64,000 bases of DNA from Eledone cirrhosa. Its lineage: Eukaryota. The stretch's first letter is position 1, and each line of letters opens with the position of its first letter. This document shows, in pieces, positions 54,875 through 64,000 of the stretch. The notes under the pieces are model-generated. The model saw only the letters and a list, made by a program, of their open reading frames with translations. It was not told the DNA's origin and made no database searches. The position numbers and the translations under genes were made by a program. The DNA lies in contig OZ024741.1 of the NCBI GenBank assembly GCA_964016885.1, positions 312,790,001 to 312,854,000 of the forward strand. The letters run 5' to 3'.

Positions 54875-55977
54875 TCGGAGGCTCGCTTAGATGTTTTGTT
54901 GATACGAACACGATAGAATGTCTGCCGTTCGACCGTTTTTTATTTCTCTTTGTTTCCCTCTACAATGCGTTTTATATCTAAACTTTTCACACTGATAACA
55001 TTTTACATATTTGTGAGGACAGTCCATTTTTAAAATATAAGCACCCGCACCCGTATCTGTAACATGCCTTAAGTTTATTATTCTTTGGTATTCGTCAGTC
55101 ACTGCCTGCAGTGTAAACTTTTCGTCTTGTTCTAACTTTGTTAATATCCAGGAACGTATTTCTGCATCTTTGTAAGCAGTCAGCCCTTGTACACGAATCA
55201 GACATTTGAATAAGTCTGGAGTTAATTCATTCAATTTGAACTTTTCACATTCTCTAATTACAACTCCAGCATAGGTGACGATATCTTCATCATCGTTTAT
55301 CACCAAATTTAAATACTGCCAGCGTCTATTGAACACTGAACTCCTTTAACTGAAAATTTTCGATAACATTTTACTTGTTTTATCGAAACAAATCTCACAC
55401 GATTACGTTGGCATAATAACATTACAGTACTACCCGTGTTCGGGGATAGCTTCCTTAATAGTAGTCGAACTTTTTTTGGGTCATTTCAACCACGATATTC
55501 TTCCTTGAAGATTTCATCACATCCTCTGAAATATGCTGCCAAAGTAACACCTTCTAGTTTGTACACAAATTCCCCTATTGAGTTTAAAACAGTATCTCGT
55601 GTGGACAAACCTGAAGTGTTTCTGACACTTGTTGTATCTGTTGCTGTTGTTGCTGTTGTTGTTGTTGTTGTATCTGTTTCTATTGCACCTGCACCAAGCG
55701 GGCTCACAAAACCTCCATTCCTTGGTTTTGTCAACAATTATCCACAGTCCAGCGCAAGCTTCGAATACATCCTTGCCAATTTTATAACCCTATGGACTGG
55801 TTATATTTTCTACGATGCGGTGGTATTAACAATTTTATCTCAGGTGTAACTTCCGATTACATAACGTGAGACTTTTAAGCCAGTCAACCGAACTACTGAT
55901 AACGTGACACGTTGCTTATTATAATAGTCCACCAAGTCCATTTCATTACTCCAAAAGGGGTGTTCACCACAACAACA
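54875..55977 (-). mobile_element. Ty3/Gypsy LTR retrotransposon 5' fragment (putative LTR + gag)
   Basis: ORFs 55486-55737 and 54887-55336 (FNRRWQYLNL..EDIVTYAGVV.RECEKFKL..FKCLI.VQGL..DAEIR) resemble K02A2.6-like gag with a degenerate knuckle. TG start at 55977 next to (TA)n. Confidence 0.75.
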
Positions 55978-55998
55978 TATATATGTATATATATTTAC

Positions 55999-56076
<78 letters not shown>

Positions 56077-56084
56077 CTATATAT

Positions 56085-56828
56085 CTAAGGCGGGTAAAAT
56101 TCCCGAGATCCATGGACGAGTTCTCTCCAGCGGTCTCTGTCCCTCATTATCGCTGCCATATCCTGCATCTCCAACAGACCAGTGTCTGTCCTTAGGGCAT
56201 CAACATATGTTAACCTTGGTCTTCCTCTTCTAGTGTGTCCATGTAGGGGCTCCCAAAGGAGCACTGAGTGCAATGTCAACTCTGGATGTCGGTGAGCATG
56301 TCCAGCCAACCTCAGTCTCCTCTGTGTCACTTTTGAGCTGACTTTTGGGATGCTCCCATACAGCTCTGAGTTTTTCATCCTCAGTGTATACTGATTAATG
56401 TTCAGAGCCATCCTCAGCATTCTCGTGTAGCACCCATCCACCATCTGAGTGAGTCTCTTGGTCAGTGTCCAAGTCTCAGACCCATACAGCAGCACAGACT
56501 CCACTACAGCAATGAAGAGGCGGATTTTCAGGTCTCTACGAAGGTCTGACCTCTACACCGATCTCAAGCTGTGACACGCCGCCCAGGCCTTGCTCTTCCT
56601 CTCAACCACATCATCTTCCGTATTCCCAATCTTTGCTCCCAAATACAGGAAGTCCTCAACCAATTCCAGCGGCTTCCCGCCTACATTAGTGATCCCCTCT
56701 GGCTTTTCAACATTCTCTACCAGATATTTTGTTTTAGTCTCATTCATTCTCAGCCCCACACTCATCGAAACAGTCTCAACCTCCCGCATCAAATCCTCTG
56801 CCTCCTTCACTGTATTTGTCACCAAAAC
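56085..56828 (-). mobile_element. RTE-clade LINE, 5'-truncated, in (TA)n
   Basis: ORFs 56553-56825 (VGLRMNETKTK..VEDFLYLGA) and 56085-56504 (ESVLLYGSETWTLT..LRLAGH). Confidence 0.9.
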
Positions 56829-56900
56829 TATATATATATATATATCGCAAGTAAGTATGGTTTGAAACAGTGAGCAGGTTTGAAATTAGAAAATATATAG

Positions 56901-57080
56901 ATTTCACCGCATTTTTGACTAAAGGAATTTTAGCCTGATAATGGGGTTTAGAACCCTCAGATAAATGGAAAAAGATGAGTATTGACGTACATGTACGTCA
57001 ATACTCATCTTTTTCCATTTATCTGAGGGTTCTAAACCCGATCATCAGGCTAAAATTCGTAGTAAAAAATACGGTGAAAG
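56901..57080. repeat. ~180-bp palindrome
   Basis: Centre GACGTACATGTACGTC at ~56991; arms include CCCTCAGATAAATGGAAAAAGATGAGTATT. Confidence 0.92.
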
Positions 57081-57084
57081 GTAT

Positions 57085-57115
<31 letters not shown>

Positions 57116-57150
57116 CATTACACAATGCTTCAAGTGAACTATAACCTCCT

Positions 57151-57226
<76 letters not shown>

Positions 57227-57776
57227 GTAATCTGAGTTTTTTGAATATCAATAATAATATTCGAAACGAACAACAACGGCCCTCGCAAGTAACGTGTGGG
57301 AATTCAAGGATAATAACATCCCGTACTCTATCGATTGGTCTATTTTAGACCATTCGAGGGAGTACCAAAGGGGCACAAAGAATTGTTCTTTGTGTACCAC
57401 AGACAAATATGGGATTTTGTTAAACTTGAGTGCCATTTCTGTTTGCCTGAATTCAAAGACCGAGATCTTTAGATGTTGTCCTCATCTGAAATCACATGTG
57501 ATCTGTAACTGGATTGACATTCCTGTTTTAACTCAACCGCCTTGAACTCCTTTTCTGCTCTTTACTTCTACTACGTTTTTGTACCTGCTGAATCCACGTT
57601 CTGTACTCTTGTATTCTCTTTCTCCCATATCTCCCCTCATAATTAACCTTTTCCTATGTCTCCCCCCCCATTTTTTTTGCCTTACCCTTCACAGACCAAA
57701 ATGTATGTGTATGTATGTGTATGTGTATATATATATATGTGTGTGTATATGTATATATATGGATAGGCCAGGATTT

Positions 57777-57838
57777 TTTTCATTCTGATGATTGAAGGCA
57801 ACATCTTTTGCTTTTAAGAAACCACTGGTAAATGGAAT
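57777..57838 (+). ncRNA. Type-I hammerhead ribozyme
   Basis: TTTCATT-CTGATGA-TTGAAGGCAA CATCTT TTGCTTTTAA-GAAACC ACT GGTA-AATGGAA. Confidence 0.82.
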
Positions 57839-57937
57839 AATTGCCTTATGTTGTTTATTACATGACTATATATATATATATACATGTATATTTTAGAGTT
57901 AAATAAGGTTCATATGAATTATCTAAGATTGAGTTTT

Positions 57938-58014
<77 letters not shown>

Positions 58015-58115
58015 TAGATAGATATGTGTGTGTGCGTTTGTATTTGGTTGTGCGTGTCTGCGATATGTACGTATTTGTATGTGTATAATTGTATGGCTAT
58101 GTATGTATGTGTGTA

Positions 58116-58278
<163 letters not shown>

Positions 58279-58913
58279 CATGTGTGCATGTATATGTGTG
58301 TGTGTGTGTGTTTGTGTATGTATTTGTGTATACGTATGTATGTGTTTATGTATTTGTATATGTATATTTATGTGTGAGAGTGTGTGTATGTATTTATTTT
58401 TATGTATGTATGTGTTCGTGCATTTGTGTGTATTGCTTACCACGTGTGTTTGTTCATTTATTTGTTGCCTGTATCGGTGTCAACTTATAACAGTCTTTAT
58501 TTTCGTTTATTATTTTATATATATTTTTTCTTATATCTATTTGCGTGTGTGAATATGTAGAGGTGTGCATATTTTTCTAATTTTGTGCATGCATATGTAT
58601 ACATTTATGTATGTGTATGTATGTATGTGTGTATGGCTATGTATGTGTATGTGTACGCATATATATATATATATTTATATTTCTATATATATTTATATTT
58701 CTATATATATATATGTGTGTATATATGTGTGCGTGTTTGTATATATGTATGTCTATGTATGGATATGTTGATACTTATGTGTGTATGTATGTCTGTGTAT
58801 ATGTATGTGTATGTGTGTGTTTATATATACACACATATATATGTGTATATGTGTGTGTGTATGTATGAATGTATGTATATATATATATATATATGTGTGT
58901 GTATGTATATAAT

Positions 58914-58950
<37 letters not shown>

Positions 58951-59066
58951 ATGTGTGTTTTTATTTTTTATTTTATTTTTCCTTTCCTTCTTCCTTCTCC
59001 AGCCTCACTTTCATATAGATTGCATTTTTGTTTTTAGAAGCCAATATCAATAAATAGACCAGGATT

Positions 59067-59128
59067 TTTTCATTCTGATGATTGAAAGCAAATTTTTTTG
59101 CTTTTAAGAAACCACTGGTAAATGGAAT
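59067..59128 (+). ncRNA. Type-I hammerhead ribozyme (direct repeat, 1290 nt downstream)
   Basis: TTTCATT-CTGATGA-TTGAAAGCAAA TTTT TTTGCTTTTAA-GAAACC ACT GGTA-AATGGAA. Stem II has a G-U to A-U consistent change. Confidence 0.82.
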
Positions 59129-59288
59129 AATTGCCTTATGTTGTTTATTACATAACTATTAAGCTCTGTTACCTACATAGAGCACTCTTTTTTCCTGGAC
59201 TTTTCCGACGGAATTACTTTATTCATACATATATATATATATTATTCAAAATATTAATACATTAATACGTTCACATAATCAAAATATG

Positions 59289-59349
59289 TTTTATTATATA
59301 CATTTCGGAGGTACTGTTAATTTTTTCAGTACACCTCCATCAGATAAAA
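59289..59349 (-). ncRNA. Hammerhead motif (core CTGATGG) in inverted pLTR
   Basis: Minus strand: TTTTAT-CTGATGG-AGGTGTACTG..CAGTACCTCC-GAAA-TGTATA-TA-ATAAAA. Confidence 0.55.
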
Positions 59350-60380
59350 TATATGAATTGACATACCTCAACTGTCTTGATGGTTCAATTCCAGTATTGA
59401 CAGTGATTTATTTCAACAAATCTCAATATTTATATACACAAATAATCACATGATAAACTTAAATATGATGAAGAAGATGATGTGGAGCGAGATATAGGTA
59501 TAATGAGGGGGTGAGTATGGGAAAATGTAAGAAGAAATAAAGAGAGAGCGAGAGATAGAAGAGAAGAGAGAAGAAGAGAGAAAAAATAAGATAGGATAGA
59601 AGAAGTACGGAGAGAGAAGAGGGAAGACGTAACTGCAAAATGGAAAGAATAAAAGAAAGAAAGAAAGAAGAAAGGGACATGATGCGTGACCGTTGTTTTC
59701 AAATATTAAATCAGACAGAAGTGACCAATTAAATTCCGTGAAAATGTTAATATCTTCTGTATTTGGTTATGTTTGAGCGAATTATACTAATGTATTATAT
59801 CAAAATTAAACAATATAAAAATATTTTCTATAATAATCAGAAGCAAAATTTAATTAATAAACATATTCAATATTTTGTTACAAAATTCAAAAATCAAAAA
59901 CTTTTTTACCTATCAAGCAAGTTTACAACCGTAATAAATATGTATACGGATATTTACCACAACATATTCGCATATCACCATCAGTATATGCATTTTATAT
60001 AATGTTCAGAATTATTATCAGAATTATTCATTTTACAATATAAACAATTGTCATTGTCTTATATTATTAATAAGCAGTTATATTTACTCTTGAAAGTATT
60101 GTTTTTCCCTCTTCTCTCTCTCTACCTCTTCTATAGTATCTTATTTTCTCTCTTCTCTCTTCTCTTCTATCTATATCTTTCTCTTTATTTCTTCTTACAT
60201 TTTCCCATACTCACCCCCTCCTTATACCTATATCTCGCTCCGCATCATCTTCTTCATCATATTTAAGTTTATCATGTTATTATTTGTGTATATAAATATT
60301 GACATTTGTTGTAATAAATCACTGCCAATACTGGAATTGAACCATCAAGACAGTTGAGGTATGTCATACATCAATTCATA

Positions 60381-60445
60381 TATTTTATCCGATGAGTGCG
60401 TACTGAAAAAACAACACAGTACCTCCGAAATATATATAATAATAC
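60381..60445 (+). ncRNA. Hammerhead motif (core CCGATGA) in 5' pLTR upstream of the PLE ORF
   Basis: TATTTTAT-CCGATGA-GTGCGTACTG..CAGTACCTCC-GAAA-TATATA-TA-ATAATA. Confidence 0.55.
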
Positions 60446-60622
60446 ATATATTTTGATTATGTGAACGTATTAGTTTATTAATATTTTGAATAATATTACT
60501 AACTCCAGAAAACTTCACTGTAGAGTGCTATTAATCTATTGTAACCATATTAATATTTGGTCACATTTAGCTCCCAGAAGGTAGAGCGCTTCTTCTGCAA
60601 TAGATTATCAATTAATTAATAA

Positions 60623-62389
60623 ATGATGGAAAACGTTAGGTTTTCTACATCTTTCAAAGATATATCTTTACCATCTAAAGATGAACACATGAAAACACTT
60701 ATTGGACACACTAACTTCTTCATAAGAAGAGTGCGGTGGCGTGCTTTTCATTTTGAAAAGAAGAAAGAAGCAAATAGGAAAAACACCAACCATAATTTCG
60801 AGAATATCTTTAAATCCAGGAAAAATCCTCCGTACAACAAACTCTTGGAAAATTTCGAAAATGAAATTTTTAATATATTAAGGAATATAAAATTTAAGAA
60901 AAACCCATATAAAGACCATGAGTCCTTAGAAGTCTTAGAGAAAAAAGATATTGACATAAAAAAAGTAAATAAAATATTAGTGAAATCAGACAAAACCAGC
61001 AACTTATATGGGATAGAGAAAACAAAATATAAGGACTTAATTTTTAAAGAATTGAGAAAAAATTACAGAAAAGCCCCGAGTGAAGATCTAGTGGATATCA
61101 ATAATGATGCTCTTGAAATAATCACCAGGCTCGGAATAGAAAAGAAGACCAAACCTTTCATACCAAGGCAACCGCGAATAAATTTTAAAGACTATAAAGA
61201 AAATTTCGAAGAGGACTTACCTGTCAGACTTATCGCACCTTCGAAGTCAGAACTTGGAATAATTAGTAAAAACATAAGAGATAGGATGTTTCCAATGTTA
61301 AAATTGAAGTCAAGGCTTAACTTATAGAAGGGTACCAATGAAGTCATAGATTGATTCAATAATATCGAAAATAAGAAAAAATTATAAATTCATTCAAATG
61401 GACATAGCGAGTTATTACTCCTCAATAACTCCTAACCTTTTGAATAAGGCACTTTCATATGCATATAAACACACTGATCTATCTAGTGATAAGATTAATA
61501 TTATTTTAACGGCAAGGCGAACTTTAACTGACTTTCATAAGGATTTCTGGACTCGTTCGGATAGGCAGAAAAATGTCGATATTACTATGGGCTCATCCGA
61601 TTCTGCGCAAGTTACCGATCTTGTGGGAATTACATCCTTAATATGATAAATAGAAAACTGCCGGAGATTACCGGTGGTTTATATAGAACGAGATATTATT
61701 TACTGTAGTTAGACATAATAATAGCGAACTAAATAGAGTAAAGAAAGTAATTATAGAATTCTTTAAAAAATTACGACCTGAAAGTAGTAGTAGAAAATAA
61801 CAATAAAATAGTTAGCTTTTTAGACGTAACCCTTAATTTAAACTCAGGACTTTATTACCCCTTCCATAAACTCAATGAAAATCTAAATGTTAGCTTTTAC
61901 TCTAATCATCCTAAAAGTGTTGAAAATGCAATACTCAATAGTGTCCAACAACGAATATCCAGACTTTCTGCTAACATATCCATTTATGATAGTAAAGCTG
62001 GATATCATAATGAAGCGTTACATAAAGCATGATATAAAAATAATATTGAATATGTAGAAAAAAATAATATTAATTATAAACACAATATTCATAATAATAA
62101 TAATAAAAATAAAACTAACTATAAAAATAACAACTTGGAGAATAACTCGAGGAAAACAATTAGGACTAGATTTATAATTCGGTATGCTCCGCCAGCATCA
62201 TTAGCTATTAAAACACATTTAACGAATTTATTTTTTAAAGCCTTAGATAAATGTTACGCTAGATCACATAAGTATTACCCTATCTTCAACAGACACACAG
62301 TTAAACTCTCTTATTCAACAACTATCAATATTGCTAAAGATATTGCAAAAATTAATAGCAAAATTCTTAATTTGAACCAGCATAATTAG
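60623..62389 (+). pseudogene. PLE reverse transcriptase ORF, disrupted
   Basis: Three ORF-track pieces separated by stops at Trp-like positions and by frameshifts. Confidence 0.85.
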
Positions 62390-62399
62390 CGATAATAAC

Positions 62400-62472
<73 letters not shown>

Positions 62473-63479
62473 GGGAAGAAGACGCACGAGGGAATAGGGA
62501 AGAAGACACACGAGGTGGTAGAAGGTCATGAAATCGCTCCCGTAAGTTTTCGATTTTTAACATATTTAAATCAACTGTGAAATAACAATTCTTAGTACAA
62601 ATGTTGCATAAACCACCGAGTCAAGTCCCATAAAATTTCGGATCCATATTATATTGTTATATCGCTCAAATATTCAATTTTGTATTATATATTTTGTATT
62701 AAAAAAAGAAAATGGTTATAAATGGAAGAAAACACCCTCTGTCTACACTATATAGAACAGCCAAATAACAGCAATTTCACCAACACCAGAAACTTGATAC
62801 ACAACCTACCCAATCACACTAAATATAACAGCCAGATAACGGCAATTTCACCACCACCACCAATCCCAGCATCATAATAATAATTACTATTATTATTGTC
62901 TCAAGTTTTAACATAAAAAAATGTTTAATTCCAATTTTACGGGAATATGTCAACACAATATATATTAAACATACGCGACACACACTCATATATACAACAT
63001 ATCGCAAAACTCAGTAACGTAAACGCCACCGCCGCCACCATTCCATCCATCATTGCTACCACTATCCCATCACCGCCGCCACCACTCCTTCATTGCTACC
63101 ACCACTATTCCCCTGTTAACTTGAGAGAGAAAGGGGAAGGTGGCGGTATCACTAGACAAGGGAGAAGCTAGCAAAAGATATAAATAGATTGACTTAGTGA
63201 CCTGGCCACCGGCCAAACGTCAACATCAACAACTATGGCACGGCTGGCTCACCCCTTCCTCACCAACAATATAAAAATCCCCAGCACCACCACCAACATA
63301 GCCAACAACACAACAGGCAACTTCAGCAAAAAGTATATTATATTATTGTAATGCACTGGGTGATTGCTGGCCTTGTGCCTAGAGTGGAGACAATTATTAA
63401 TAATTTCATTCTTAAGCCACGCAATGCTCACATTAAGGAACCACTCATGATAATAACAATTTAAAAAAAACAACAAAAA

Positions 63480-64000
63480 GAAAACCCCGTGACCAAGAAA
63501 TACCGGGATGGCGGCCGGCGGCGAATAGCCTTGTCTCTAGGGGAGAACGACCCCTCTAGTCTTGGTTGACACTCGTTCTAGAAGTGGCAACACGAAATGA
63601 TTACCCCTTGGAGGATAAGGATAAAACGCGACAAAATAAAGTAAATGTCTAATGATAAAATCTCATACCGGATCGGCCGTCACCCGGGTAAAAAAGGGTC
63701 GCGTCCGTCAGAGAGGAACCAGACTGGGGTCGAAAAATCAGCTAATGGTTCAAACCTTCCCATCACTTCGGAGCTGGAGACCTCCCATAACCGGAATACT
63801 CCTACTATGGCCCTCCATGCTAACCACCAAGAAATCCAAAGAAAAAGAGAGAAAAATGGTCAAGGGAAGATAATAAAGAAGTCCTTGAGGCTTTCTACAC
63901 TGCCATGTACTACCCATCAAATACATCGAATACAGAACAGACATATATCAACTGCAAAAAGAAACATCCCGAAAACAGAGGCTATATTGACAGCAACAAA
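63480..64000 (+). mobile_element. Probable R4/Dong-clade element 5' UTR and ORF start (runs off the window)
   Basis: GC-rich 5' segment, then RKWSREDNKEVLEAFYTAMYYPSNTSNTEQTYQL, resembling Dong-like N-termini from memory. Confidence 0.5.

Larger units (their letters stand above)
59240..62520 (+). mobile_element. Naiad-like Penelope element: inverted pLTR pair + 5' ORF (RT), 3'-truncated
   Basis: 59240-59595 is inverted at 60138-60496. ORF 60623-61327 (TNFFIRRVRWRAFHF..VKSDKTSNLY..LPVRLIAPSKSELG), 61398-61646 (DIASYYSSIT..ITMGSSDSAQVTDLVG) and 62135-62389. Ends after (AAT)n. Confidence 0.9.

Noticed and set aside
56930-57055. CTGATGA plus a short hairpin in the 56901-57080 palindrome as a hammerhead
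   Set aside because: No GAAA or NUH follows stem II; at best a truncated remnant.
61320-61360. In-frame TAG/TGA in the Naiad-like ORF as possible selenocysteine or readthrough recoding
   Set aside because: The stops fall at Trp-like positions (one is TAG) and frameshifts follow, so ordinary decay is the simpler explanation. No SECIS was recognised.

Overview
AT-rich, microsatellite-dense eukaryotic DNA. It is probably from an octopus or other coleoid cephalopod, inferred from a repeated tRNA-type SINE I recognise and from the repeat landscape; this is not database-confirmed. The only host-gene signal is a minus-strand series of symmetric phase-1 EGF-like cassette exons: four intact and one frameshifted, of the MEGF10/11/Draper/SCARF or RPTP-ectodomain type. 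The rest is mobile DNA: a head-to-tail array of Tx1/L1-clade LINEs joined by (TTA)n, a complete Buster-type hAT with TIRs and an 8-bp TSD, tandem Helitron-like elements, RTE, R4/Dong, CRE-like and Gypsy fragments, and several Penelope-like elements (PLEs). The most striking feature, not shown by the ORF track, is about two dozen minimal type-I hammerhead ribozyme (HHR) motifs (CUGAnGA...GAAA...NUH with pairable stems I-III). They belong to several unrelated repeat families, mostly sit in (TA)n tracts, and are often arranged as long palindromes. One family is a non-coding ~432-nt tandem unit with an HHR at each junction and conserved octamer/TATA-like motifs, i.e. a retrozyme candidate. All ribozyme calls come from reading the sequence by eye; none has been folded computationally or tested.
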